64,000 bases of DNA, from contig CAJUJW010000001.1 of NCBI GenBank assembly GCA_910586735.1, positions 19,928 to 83,927 of the forward strand, given 5' to 3'. Source of the stretch: an uncultured Oscillibacter sp. Lineage in GTDB: Bacteria; Bacillota; Clostridia; Oscillospirales; Oscillospiraceae. Below, piece after piece: positions 1 to 9,242 of the stretch. The stretch's first letter is position 1; every line of letters begins with the position of its first letter. A model generated the notes under the pieces. That model had not been told where the DNA came from. It did no database searches and was given only the letters and a program-made list of their open reading frames with translations. The translations under genes and the position numbers were made by a program.

Positions 1-20
1 AGGGAATGCCCGACTGCGTT

Positions 21-53
21 AAAAAACGGCGGTGGCAACTGCCACCGCCGTTT
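21..53 (-). terminator. Rho-independent terminator of the TCA-branch operon
   Basis: AAACGGCGGTGGC/GCCACCGCCGTTT stem followed by a T-run on the minus strand, just after the icd stop. Confidence 0.8.
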
Positions 54-67
54 CCGGTTTCGTTATT

Positions 68-1270
68 TCACAGCCGCGCCGCGATGGCGTCCAGAAATTC
101 CCCGCTGTCCACGCCCCGGGCCTGGAAGCCCGGCTCTGTCAGGGGCAGGAGGTCACGGGTCATGACGCCGTCCTCCAGGGTCTGAAGGGAGGCGGCCTCC
201 AGCCGCTCGCCGAAGCGGACCAGGTCCTCCAGCCCGTCCAGCTCGCCCCGGCGCTTCAGGGCCCCGGACCAGGCGAAAATGGTGGCCATGGGGTTGGTGG
301 AGGTTTTCTCCCCCTTGAGGTAGCGGTAGTAATGCCGGGTGACGGTGCCGTGGGACGCCTCGAACTCCATGGTGCCGTCGGGGGAGACTAGTACGGAGGT
401 CATCATGGCCAGGCTCCCGAAGGCGGCGGCGATCATGTCGCTCATCACGTCCCCGTCGTAGTTTTTCAGGGCCCAGATAAAGCCGCCCTTGGACCGGATG
501 ACCCGGGCCACGGCGTCGTCGATGAGGGTGTAGAAGTACGTAATCCCCAGCATTTCAAACTCGGCCTTGTAGGAGGTCTCGTACTCCTCCTCAAAGACGC
601 GCTTGAACTCCCCGTCGTAGACCTTGGCGATGGTGTCCTTGGTGGAGAACCACAGGTCCTGCTTTTGGCTCAGAGCGTACTGGAAGCAGGAGCGGGCGAA
701 GGCCCGGATGCTCTTTTCCAGGTTGTGCTGCCCCTGCCAGACGGCGGGGCCGTCCACGGTCTGGACATTCAGCGTCTTCTCCGCCCCGCTCTCCCCTTTG
801 AAGGTCAGGGTGGCCGTCCCCGGCTCCTCCGTGGTCATGTCCACGGCCTTGTACATGTCTCCATAGGCGTGCCGGGCGATGGTGATGGGGGCCTCCCAGT
901 TTTTCACCACCGGCTTAATGCAGGGCAGGACGATGGGGGCCCGGAAGGCCGTGCCGTCCAGGATGGCCCGGATGGTGCCGTTGGGGGACTTCCACATCTC
1001 CGTCAGTTCCGGGTACTCCTCCATGCGCTGTTTGTTGGGGGTGATGGTGGCGCATTTCACCGCCACGCCCAGGCGCTTGGTGGCCCGGGCGGCGTCCACG
1101 GTGATCTGGTCCTTTGTGGCGTTCCGGCTCAGGAGGCCCAGGTCGTAATACTCGGTCTTCAGGTCCACATAGGGCAGGATGAGCTTTTCCTTGATCATGC
1201 CCCAGAGGACACGGGTCATCTCGTCCCCATCCATCTCCACCAGGGGGGTGGTCATCTTGATCTTCTCCAT
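68..1270 (-). CDS. icd: NADP-dependent isocitrate dehydrogenase
   Basis: MDGDEMTR, KCATITP, WKSPNGTIR, KNYDGDV and HGTVTRH motifs; GGGAGG RBS before the ATG at 1270. Confidence 0.95.
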   Translation of the reverse strand: MEKIKMTTPLVEMDGDEMTRVLWGMIKEKLILPYVDLKTEYYDLGLLSRNATKDQITVDAARATKRLGVAVKCATITPNKQRMEEYPELTEMWKSPNGTIRAILDGTAFRAPIVLPCIKPVVKNWEAPITIARHAYGDMYKAVDMTTEEPGTATLTFKGESGAEKTLNVQTVDGPAVWQGQHNLEKSIRAFARSCFQYALSQKQDLWFSTKDTIAKVYDGEFKRVFEEEYETSYKAEFEMLGITYFYTLIDDAVARVIRSKGGFIWALKNYDGDVMSDMIAAAFGSLAMMTSVLVSPDGTMEFEASHGTVTRHYYRYLKGEKTSTNPMATIFAWSGALKRRGELDGLEDLVRFGERLEAASLQTLEDGVMTRDLLPLTEPGFQARGVDSGEFLDAIAARL

Positions 1271-1288
1271 AAAAGTCCCTCCCAAAGG

Positions 1289-1369
1289 AATTGATAATTG
1301 AAAATTGACAATGAGGGGCGAGAGCACACTTTCCAAGCCGTTTTCATTGTCAATTATCAATTGTCAATT
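1289..1369. repeat. Inverted array of AATTGAN heptamers
   Basis: Left arm AATTGATAATTGAAAATTGACAATGA (1289-1314); right arm TCATTGTCAATTATCAATTGTCAATT (1344-1369). Confidence 0.8.
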
Positions 1370-3595
1370 GTCCATTCTTTTCGCGTAGTAGTTCATCAGG
1401 CAGCCGTCCAGGATGATTTCCTTTTCCTCCGCCGTCAGGCCCCGGACGTGGAGCAGGATGTCTTCCGCGCTGCCGTCCGCTTTTAGAATCTTGGCTGGGA
1501 TGTCCTCCCGGTCCTCCTGAATAGCCTCCCGGACACCCGGCACAAACACGCAGTCCCCCGCCTCATAGGGAAAGTCCGTTCCCTCGTCCAGGGTGAAGGG
1601 CAGGATGCCCCAGTTGATGCAGTTGGAGCGGTAGCGCTTGGTGGCGAAGGCGTAGCAGATGTTGGCGAAGCCCCCCAGCACCTTCTGGCAGGAGGCCGCC
1701 TGCTCTCTGGCGGAGCCGTCGCCGGGCCGGTTGGCAAAGACGCAGGAGCCGAACTGGGTGTTCTCCGCCTTGGCCCCGACCCGGTCCAGCAGGGCCTGGA
1801 GCCTCTCCGGCGTCTCCCCGGCCACGCGCTTTTCCTCCATCTCCGCAGCGGCCTTGGCCCGGGCCACGTACTCCGGCTCCCGGCGGGAGAGGGTGAACTC
1901 CGCCAGGCGCAGGGGGTTGGAGCGGTAGCTGGAGGTTTCCCCGGAGGGGATCAGCTCGTCGGTGGTGGTGACGGGGTCCCGGAGGACCGCCGCCAGCTCC
2001 ACCAGCAGGTTCTCCGCCAGAGGCCGCATCTTGGGCCAGTCGGTGATGTTGGGGCCCAGAATCAGCTCCTCCGGCCGGGGATGGCCGAAGCCGTTGTAGA
2101 CCCGCTTTTCGTACACGCCCTTGTCGAAGTGGTAGGGCCGCCGGACGGGCTGGTAGTCGATGTCCGTGGCGGGGGTGATTTTCCCCCCGTTCCTGGCCGT
2201 GGCGGCAATGGACCGGGCGTCCATCAGGCACACGGCGGCAAACTGGCCCTCGCCGGGCTTGGAGCCCTCCCGGTTGGGGAAGTTCCGGGTGGTGTGCCGG
2301 AGGCTCAGGCCGTTGTGGGCGGGCACGTCCCCCGCGCCGAAGCAGGGCCCGCAGAAGCTGGGCTTGATGACCGCGCCGCTCTGGAGCAGTTCCGCCGTAG
2401 CCCCGATTTTGGTCAGCTCTAGGCTGACGGGCACGCTGGTGGGGTACACGTCCAGGACGAAGTACCCGTCGCCGCAGCTCTGGCCCCGGAGGATGTCCGC
2501 CGCCTCGGTGATGTTGTCGAAGAGGCCCCCGGCGCACCCGGCGATGACCCCCTGGTCCGCCCAGACGCCGCCGTCCCGGACCTTCTGGAGCAGGTTCACC
2601 TTGGCCTTGGGCCAGCGCTTCCGGGCGTCGGCCTCCACCGTGGCCAGAATGTCGGAGGCGTTTTCCAGAAACTCCCGGATGGTCCAGGCGTTGGAGGGGT
2701 GGAAGGGCAGGGCGATCATGGGCTCAACCTTGGACAGGTCCAGCTCGATGTATTTGTCGTAGTAGGCGAAGTCGCCGGGGCGGAGTTCCTTGTATTCCTC
2801 TCCCCGCCCGTGGGCCTCGTAGAAGCCCCGGGTCTCTTCGTCGGTCTCCCAGATGGAGGAGAGGCAGGTGGTCTCCGTGGTCATGACATCGATGCCATTG
2901 CGGAAGTCGATGGGCAGACCCGCCACGCCGGGCCCGGCGAACTCCAGGACGCAGTTGTTGACAAAGCCGTTCTCAAAGGTGGCCTTCACCAGGGCGATGG
3001 CCGCGTCGTGGGGCCCCACGCCCCGCTGGGGCGCGCCGGTGAGGTACACCAGCACCACCTTGGGGTAGGGCACGTCCCAGGTATTTTTCAAAAGCTGCTT
3101 GGCCAGCTCGGGCCCGCCCTCGCCCACGGCCATGGTCCCCAGGGCCCCGTAGCGGGTGTGGGAGTCGGAACCCAGGACCATCTTCCCGCAGCCCGCCAGC
3201 TGTTCCCGGGCGTAGGAGTGGATGACGCTCTGGTTGGCGGGGACGTAGATACCGCCGTATTTCCGGGCGGCGGAGAGGCCGAAGACGTGGTCGTCCTCGT
3301 TGATGGTGCCCCCCACGGCGCAGAGGGAGTTGTGGCAGTTGGTCAGGGCGTAGGGGATGGGGAACTCCCGCATGCCGGAGGCCCGGGCCTGCTGGATGAT
3401 GCCCACGTAGGTGATGTCGTGGGAGGCCATGGCGTCAAAGCGGATCTGGAGCTTTGACCGGTCGCCCGAGACGCTGTGCGCCTGGAGGATGCTCCAGGCC
3501 AGGGTTCTCTGCCGCCCCTCCTGGGGGGAGACGGGGGCGGAATCATGGAGGGTGCCCTGGGAGAGGAAAACGCCTTTGTCGTGAAGAGTAATCAT
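1364..3595 (-). CDS. Aconitate hydratase (YbhJ-like clostridial aconitase)
   Basis: GSDSHT, AGCAGG, FCGPCFG, TRNFPNREG, TTDEL and GDGSAREQA motifs; lies between citrate synthase and icd. Confidence 0.9.
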   Translation of the reverse strand: MITLHDKGVFLSQGTLHDSAPVSPQEGRQRTLAWSILQAHSVSGDRSKLQIRFDAMASHDITYVGIIQQARASGMREFPIPYALTNCHNSLCAVGGTINEDDHVFGLSAARKYGGIYVPANQSVIHSYAREQLAGCGKMVLGSDSHTRYGALGTMAVGEGGPELAKQLLKNTWDVPYPKVVLVYLTGAPQRGVGPHDAAIALVKATFENGFVNNCVLEFAGPGVAGLPIDFRNGIDVMTTETTCLSSIWETDEETRGFYEAHGRGEEYKELRPGDFAYYDKYIELDLSKVEPMIALPFHPSNAWTIREFLENASDILATVEADARKRWPKAKVNLLQKVRDGGVWADQGVIAGCAGGLFDNITEAADILRGQSCGDGYFVLDVYPTSVPVSLELTKIGATAELLQSGAVIKPSFCGPCFGAGDVPAHNGLSLRHTTRNFPNREGSKPGEGQFAAVCLMDARSIAATARNGGKITPATDIDYQPVRRPYHFDKGVYEKRVYNGFGHPRPEELILGPNITDWPKMRPLAENLLVELAAVLRDPVTTTDELIPSGETSSYRSNPLRLAEFTLSRREPEYVARAKAAAEMEEKRVAGETPERLQALLDRVGAKAENTQFGSCVFANRPGDGSAREQAASCQKVLGGFANICYAFATKRYRSNCINWGILPFTLDEGTDFPYEAGDCVFVPGVREAIQEDREDIPAKILKADGSAEDILLHVRGLTAEEKEIILDGCLMNYYAKRMDN

Positions 3596-3622
3596 AGCGG
3601 AAACCTCCTGTAGTACAACGGT

Positions 3623-5029
3623 TTAGCGTTCAGACAGCGGCACGTAGGGAATCCGGTTGCAGATGGTCTTGTAGGCGGGCCGGATGATCCTGGGGTCCTC
3701 GGTGCAGCACTCCTCGATGCGGTGGGCGCACCAGCCGGGCATGCGGGCGCTGGCGAAGATGGCGGTGTACAGGTCCGTGGGGATGCCCAGCAGGGTGTAC
3801 ACAAAGCCGGAGTAGAGGTCCACGTTGGCGCAGATGGGCTTGTCGCTGCCCCGGACCTCCTGGAAGACCTGGGGGGCCAGGCGCTCCACGGATTCGATGA
3901 GGTCCAGCTCGTCCACCATGCCCTTTTTCTCCGCCAGGTGGCGGGAGAAGCGCTTGAGAATCTCCGCCCTGGGGTCGGAGAGGGTGTAGACCGCGTGGCC
4001 CATGCCGTAGATGAGGCCCGTGCCGTCCCCCAGCTGGCGGCGGAGGATGCGGACCAGCTGGTCCTTCACCTGGCCGTCGTCCTTCCAGTTTTTCACGGCC
4101 CGTTTCAGATGCTTCATCATCTCCACCACCTTGATGTTGGCCCCGCCGTGGCGGAAGCCCTTCAGGGCCCCCACGGCGGCGGCGATGGAGGAGTAGAAGT
4201 CCGTACCCGAGGAGGTCAGCACCCGGCAGGCGAAGGTGGAGTTGTTGCCGCCGCCGTGTTCCGCGTGGAGAATCATGCACAGGTCCAGCAGCTTGGCCTC
4301 ATCGTCGTCAAACTGGGTGTCCTTCCGCAGGGAGTAGAGGAAGTTCTGGGCCACGCTCATGTCTGTCCGGGGCCGGTGGAGGTAGAGGCTGTCCTTGTCG
4401 AAGTAGTGGCACTTGGCGGCGTAAGAGTGGGCCACGATGGTGGGCGTCCGGGCCACCATGCGGAAGGACTTGAACAGCTCGTTCTCCAGGGCCATGTTCT
4501 CCGCCTCGCCGTCGTGGGAGTGGAGGGCCAGGATGCAGCTGGCCAGCTTGTTCATGATGTTTTTGTTGGGGGAGCGGAGAATCATGTCCTCGGTGAAATA
4601 GCCGGGCAGCTGGCTCCACCGGGCCATGAGGTACTGGAAGTCCTTCAGCTGGGAGGCCGTAGGAAGCTGGCCGAAGAGGAGGAGATACACCGTCTCCTCA
4701 AAGCCGAACCGGTCCTCCTGAATGCAGCTTTCAATCAGGTCGTCGATGCTGATGCCCCGGTAGAAGAGCTGGCCCTTCCGGGGAATTTTCTGCCCGTCCA
4801 CCAGGTCATAGCCGTCCACGTCGCCGATGCTGGTGACTCCGGCGATGACGCCGGTTCCGTTGGGGTACCGCAGCCCCCGCATCACGTCTTTGTCGTCCCG
4901 GCCGGAGGAGGGGAAGATGTCGTTTTCTAAAATAAAGTCCTCGGACCCGCTGACAAAGGAGAGGGAGGATTCGATCAGCTCCTGGTGGAGGAGCATCTTG
5001 CGCAGGTCGCGCTCGGTTTTGTATGACAT
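3623..5029 (-). CDS. gltA: Citrate synthase
   Basis: HAEHGGGNNST, HGGAN, YGMGHAVY and ANVDLYSG motifs. Confidence 0.92.
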   Translation of the reverse strand: MSYKTERDLRKMLLHQELIESSLSFVSGSEDFILENDIFPSSGRDDKDVMRGLRYPNGTGVIAGVTSIGDVDGYDLVDGQKIPRKGQLFYRGISIDDLIESCIQEDRFGFEETVYLLLFGQLPTASQLKDFQYLMARWSQLPGYFTEDMILRSPNKNIMNKLASCILALHSHDGEAENMALENELFKSFRMVARTPTIVAHSYAAKCHYFDKDSLYLHRPRTDMSVAQNFLYSLRKDTQFDDDEAKLLDLCMILHAEHGGGNNSTFACRVLTSSGTDFYSSIAAAVGALKGFRHGGANIKVVEMMKHLKRAVKNWKDDGQVKDQLVRILRRQLGDGTGLIYGMGHAVYTLSDPRAEILKRFSRHLAEKKGMVDELDLIESVERLAPQVFQEVRGSDKPICANVDLYSGFVYTLLGIPTDLYTAIFASARMPGWCAHRIEECCTEDPRIIRPAYKTICNRIPYVPLSER

Positions 5030-5172
5030 ATGGAAAACCGCCTTCCAAGAGAATCCGCCGCGAATTCACCGCGGCCCATCAGAGATTTTTCCCCATTATA
5101 GCCGAATTCACAGCCGTTTTCAATGCCATAATTCACCGATTATCCGGCAGTTTTCCGGCGGAAAACTGGCTC

Positions 5173-6354
5173 TTAGGTAAGTGATCTCCGCCGCGCCGGG
5201 ATTTTTACCCGGAGGTTGTCCAGGCGGTTCAGCGCCTCCAGGAGGGTCTCGTCCCGCTTGGCGAAGTGGAAGCGGATCAGGTGATTCACCGGCTCCCGGA
5301 AGAAGCTGGAGCCGGGCACTGCCCCCACGCCGGCTTTCCGGGCCAGCTCCTCGCAGAAGAGGAGGTCGCTGTCAAAGCCGAACTCCGAGATGTCCAGCAG
5401 GACGTAGTAGGCCCCCTCGGGCACGGTGTGGGCCAGCTTCAAATCGTCCAGGCCCCGGAGGAACAGGTCCCGCTTGCGGGTGTACTCCGCCTGGAGGCCA
5501 TCGTAGTAGTCCCGGCCAAATTTCAGGCCGGGAATCACCGCCTCCTGGAGGGGGGCCGCCGCCCCTACGGTAAGGAAGTCGTGGACCTTTTTGATGCGGT
5601 CTGTGATTTCCGGCGAAGCGATGGTGTAGCCCAGCCGCCAGCCGGTGATGGAGTAGGTCTTGGAGAGGGAGGAGCAGGAGATGGTCCGCTGCCGCATGCC
5701 GGGGAGGGCGGCGAAGTAGGTGTGCCGGTGGGGGGCGTAGACAATGTGCTCGTAGACCTCGTCGGTGATGACGTAGGCGTCGTATTTCTCCGCCAGGGCG
5801 GCGATGACCTCCAGCTCCTCCCGGGTGAAGACCCGGCCGCAGGGGTTGGAGGGGTTGCAGAGAATCAGGGCCTTGGGTTTTTGGCGGAAGGCGTCCTCCA
5901 GGACCTCCGGGTCAAAGCGGAAGTCCGGCGGCGTCAGGGGGATGTAAATGGGCTCGGCGCCGCAGAGGATGGCGTCCGCCCCGTAGTTCTCGTAGAAGGG
6001 GGAGAAGACCGCCACCTTGTCGCCGGGGTCCGCCACGGCGGTCATGGCGGCCATCATGGCCTCGGTACTTCCGCAGGTGACGGTGATTTCCCCGTTGGGG
6101 TCGATGGGGAAGCCCATGTACCGGGACTGCTTCTCCGCCAGGGCCTCCCGGAGGTTCTGGGCCCCCCAGGTGACGGAGTATTGGTGAAAGTCCTCCCGGG
6201 TGACCTCCGCCAGCCGGTCCAGGATGGCCTGGGGCGGGTTGAAGTCGGGGAAGCCCTGGGAGAGGTTGATCGCGCCGTATTGGTTGGAGACGCGGGTCAT
6301 GCGGCGGATCACCGAGTCGGTGAAGCCGGCGGTGCGGGCGGAAAGACTCTGCAT
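5173..6354 (-). CDS. PLP-dependent class I/II aminotransferase
   Basis: NLSQGFPDF, NPSNPCG, DEVYEH and SLSKTYSITGWRLG motifs; GGAGG RBS. Confidence 0.9.
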   Translation of the reverse strand: MQSLSARTAGFTDSVIRRMTRVSNQYGAINLSQGFPDFNPPQAILDRLAEVTREDFHQYSVTWGAQNLREALAEKQSRYMGFPIDPNGEITVTCGSTEAMMAAMTAVADPGDKVAVFSPFYENYGADAILCGAEPIYIPLTPPDFRFDPEVLEDAFRQKPKALILCNPSNPCGRVFTREELEVIAALAEKYDAYVITDEVYEHIVYAPHRHTYFAALPGMRQRTISCSSLSKTYSITGWRLGYTIASPEITDRIKKVHDFLTVGAAAPLQEAVIPGLKFGRDYYDGLQAEYTRKRDLFLRGLDDLKLAHTVPEGAYYVLLDISEFGFDSDLLFCEELARKAGVGAVPGSSFFREPVNHLIRFHFAKRDETLLEALNRLDNLRVKIPARRRSLT

Positions 6355-6367
6355 GGTGGTGTCCTCC

Positions 6368-6434
6368 AATATTTTATAAAATATTCTAATATGCGGATTT
6401 GGGGTATTGTAGCATTTGATGGCGTTGCTGTCAA
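6368..6434 (-). promoter_or_regulatory. SigmaA promoter and palindromic operator of the aminotransferase
   Basis: TTGACA-N17-TACAAT on the minus strand (6434-6406); perfect 18-bp palindrome AATATTTTATAAAATATT at 6368-6385. Confidence 0.7.
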
Positions 6435-6489
6435 TGAGTGGGGCTTTTTGGGGAGTGTCCTATCGCGCATTTTATAACAAATATGGGGC

Positions 6490-6515
6490 GTAGGGGCGGA
6501 CCTATGTGTCCGCCC
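6490..6515 (+). repeat. GTAG-type REP element
   Basis: GTAG followed by the GGGCGGAC-CTATGT-GTCCGCCC hairpin; degenerate copy at 48250-48276. Confidence 0.75.
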
Positions 6516-6654
6516 GTTCTCACGGGACTGCCCTTCTTCCGGTAGACGTGCTCTGGTAATTTGATAAATCACAGGTTGAAGCTGGAAATTGACCATGATA
6601 TAATCAGTGCGACAAACCTTTATTTAATAAATAGCCGGAGGCGGGGTGTTGCTT

Positions 6655-7131
6655 ATGGAAATAAAGATTGTAGATTTACCGGCGATTACTGTTATTGGAA
6701 AAGAAGGTTTATGTACCGCAGAAAAAAATATTGTTCAACAGTTATGGCAAGAAGCCAATTCTCATTTTAATGAGGTGGCTGCTCTTGGAAAGAAAAACTC
6801 GGATGGGACATATGTAGGATTTTGGGGAGCAATGAGTGATGAGAGCAGGTCTTTCCGTCCGTGGACCCATCAGTTTACAAGAGGACTGTACCTTGCGGGT
6901 GTTGAAACTTATGCCGCTGCAATTGCGCCTGAAGGATGGATTAAATGGGTTATGCCGGCACGAAAATATATTGTCGTGGACGTTGAACCAAACAGATACG
7001 GCGAAATATTTGACGAGGTAATCAATAATACCATTTCAGAAAAAGGCATGAAACTGGCAGGGGCGGTGTGTGATTACACTGAGCCCGCGACAGGAAAAAG
7101 CAGGCTGTTTTTCCCTGTTGAGCCTTTATAG
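6655..7131 (+). CDS. GyrI-like small-molecule/effector-binding protein
   Basis: IKIVDLPAITVIGKEG...YLAGVE...PEGW..W.MPARKY pattern; lower GC than the flanks. Confidence 0.75.
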   Translation: MEIKIVDLPAITVIGKEGLCTAEKNIVQQLWQEANSHFNEVAALGKKNSDGTYVGFWGAMSDESRSFRPWTHQFTRGLYLAGVETYAAAIAPEGWIKWVMPARKYIVVDVEPNRYGEIFDEVINNTISEKGMKLAGAVCDYTEPATGKSRLFFPVEPL

Positions 7132-7146
7132 GAAAAAAAGATTTAC

Positions 7147-7188
7147 CGGGCGGTTATTCGAGATGGATAACCGCCCGAATTTTCTTTT
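7147..7188 (+). terminator. Intrinsic terminator
   Basis: CGGGCGGTTAT/ATAACCGCCCG stem followed by a T-rich tail. Confidence 0.65.
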
Positions 7189-7348
7189 GACGAAAACCAA
7201 GAGATGGAACTCTCATCAACACAAAAGGGAAAAAGGATTCCCGGGCCCGGACAAACCGGCGCCCCGGCGCGGGTGAGAAAATGCGCCGGGGCGTTTCCTT
7301 ATTTTATAGTGTATCCCGGCAAGGACCGCCCCCGCCCGGAAAGCCCCC

Positions 7349-8791
7349 TCAGCCGTACTTCTGGGTCAGGCAGGCCCGGTGCCGCAGGAAGGTGGTGGGG
7401 GACATTTTCAGCCGCTTGGCCGCCTCCCGGATGCTGCCGCACTTGTGATAGTAGACGTTCAGGTACTGAAGTTCCGTCCGCTCCAGAAACTCGCTCAGGC
7501 TCATGCCCTCCTGGGGCTCCTGGAAGGGGACGGCGTTCCGGGCCACGTTCACCGGCAGGTTCTCCGGCTGGATGACATCCCCGTCCGTCATAATCATGGC
7601 CTGCTCTATGGCGTTTTTCAGCTGCCGGACGTTTCCCGCCCAGTCGTAGTCCACCAGGGCCACGCAGGTGGCGGGGGACAGGCGCTTATGGCAGCCGTTC
7701 TTCTGATTATAGTAGTCCAGGAAGTGCTGGGCCAGGGGGAGGATGTCGTTCCGCCGCTCCCGCAGGGGCGGGATTTGGATAGGCACCACGCTGAGCCGGT
7801 AGAACAGGTCCTCCCGGAAGCGCTTTTCCCGCACCATAGTCTCCAGGTCCCGATTGGTGGCGGCGATGATGCGGACATCCATCTGGATGGGCTTGGTGCC
7901 CCCCACCCGGATGAAGGACTTGCTCTGGAGCACGTGGAGCAGCTTGGTCTGCATGTTCAGGGACAGCTCGCCGATCTCGTCCAGGAACATGGTGCCGTAC
8001 TCGGCCACCTCCAGGAGGCCCGCCCGGCTCTTGCTGCCCGCGCCGGTGAAGGCGTGGCCCTCGTGGCCGAAAAGCTCGCTCTCAAAGAGGGACTCGGTGA
8101 TGGCCCCGCAGTTGACGGACACCAGGGCCTTCTCCGCCCGGCGGCTGTTGCGGTGGATGAAGCGGGCGATCTCGTCCTTGCCCACGCCGGTTTCCCCCAG
8201 CAGCAGGGCCGTGGAGTCCACCCTGGCCACCCGGCTGGCCAGGTCCAGGACCTTCAGCATGGCCTTGTCCTCCACAATGAGCTCGCCCCAATTGGACATC
8301 TGGGCCTTCAGGGCCTCCAGCTCGGAGCGGTAGCGGTCGTTGAGCACCTTGATTTCCTGGAGCTCGGACTGGAGGCTGCTGATTTCGTCCAGGTCCCGGT
8401 CGTTGCAGATGAAATACTCAATCTCCCCCTTCTCGTCAAAGACCGGGTTGCAGGACACGTGGGCGCTGCGCCCCGTCCTGGAAAAGGTCTGCACGATGGT
8501 GCAGGGCTTTTTCGTCCGGGCCACGATGGCCCCGCAGGACTCCGAAATCAGGCCCTTTTCCACCAGCTCGGCCACTGGGACGCCCACCAGCTCCTCCCGC
8601 CGGATGCCCGTCAGCTTTTCATAGGCCCGGTTGATGCGCAGGGTGACCAGGTTCCGGTCGGATATCTGGACGGCGTCCGTGGCGTTTTCGATGAAGATGT
8701 TCAAAAGCCGGTTCTCTTCTTCCAGGTCCCTCAGCCGCTCCCGCGGCGTTTTCGGACAGCGCTCCTCCGCGCCTGAATACCTCTGTTCCAT
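7349..8791 (-). CDS. PAS-domain sigma54-dependent enhancer-binding activator
   Basis: PAS region, GETGVGKD Walker A, ESELFG-HAFTGA loop, FLDEIGE, FREDLFYRL and a C-terminal HTH. Confidence 0.9.
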   Translation of the reverse strand: MEQRYSGAEERCPKTPRERLRDLEEENRLLNIFIENATDAVQISDRNLVTLRINRAYEKLTGIRREELVGVPVAELVEKGLISESCGAIVARTKKPCTIVQTFSRTGRSAHVSCNPVFDEKGEIEYFICNDRDLDEISSLQSELQEIKVLNDRYRSELEALKAQMSNWGELIVEDKAMLKVLDLASRVARVDSTALLLGETGVGKDEIARFIHRNSRRAEKALVSVNCGAITESLFESELFGHEGHAFTGAGSKSRAGLLEVAEYGTMFLDEIGELSLNMQTKLLHVLQSKSFIRVGGTKPIQMDVRIIAATNRDLETMVREKRFREDLFYRLSVVPIQIPPLRERRNDILPLAQHFLDYYNQKNGCHKRLSPATCVALVDYDWAGNVRQLKNAIEQAMIMTDGDVIQPENLPVNVARNAVPFQEPQEGMSLSEFLERTELQYLNVYYHKCGSIREAAKRLKMSPTTFLRHRACLTQKYG

Positions 8792-8982
8792 TTTTGGAGC
8801 AATCCTCCTCTCTTTTCCCGCGCCGCGTTTTTCCCACGGGGCGGAACGTCCGGCGGAAGCATGGCATAGTGCATAAGAATTCTGTCTAATGTTTAACGAT
8901 TTCAACTATATCACAAATACCCCCGGCACGCAAGGTTCATTTTTGGGGCAGATTGCCTTTTTGCTGTTTCAGATTTGGAACG
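8784..8982. promoter_or_regulatory. Two candidate enhancer (UAS) palindromes for the activator
   Basis: TGTTCCATTTTTGGAGCA (8784-8801) and TGTTTCAGATTTGGAACG (8965-8982). Confidence 0.55.
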
Positions 8983-9145
8983 CTTGGACCCTTGTCCGGC
9001 GGGTTTCCCCGGCGGGAGGGGAGGGAGAGGGCAGCGGGGAAAAAGAAATTTACTTTTCATTTTGCGACAAAAAACGTGCCTCCCTCTGTGGAATATTCCG
9101 AAAAACTGCCCGCCCGGCGGCCCGGCGGCGTCTGAACAGACGAAT

Positions 9146-9161
9146 TGGCATGGAAATTGCT
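9146..9161 (+). promoter_or_regulatory. Sigma54 -24/-12 promoter
   Basis: TGGCATGGAAATTGCT with correct GG-N10-GC spacing, upstream of the CoA-transferase and divergent from the activator. Confidence 0.85.
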
Positions 9162-9242
9162 TAATAGTAAGGCGTCACAACGTTCAGGGCCAGCGGGCCG
9201 AATTTGAACGCTTATATATTTTACCAGGAGGTATCTTGCGTT

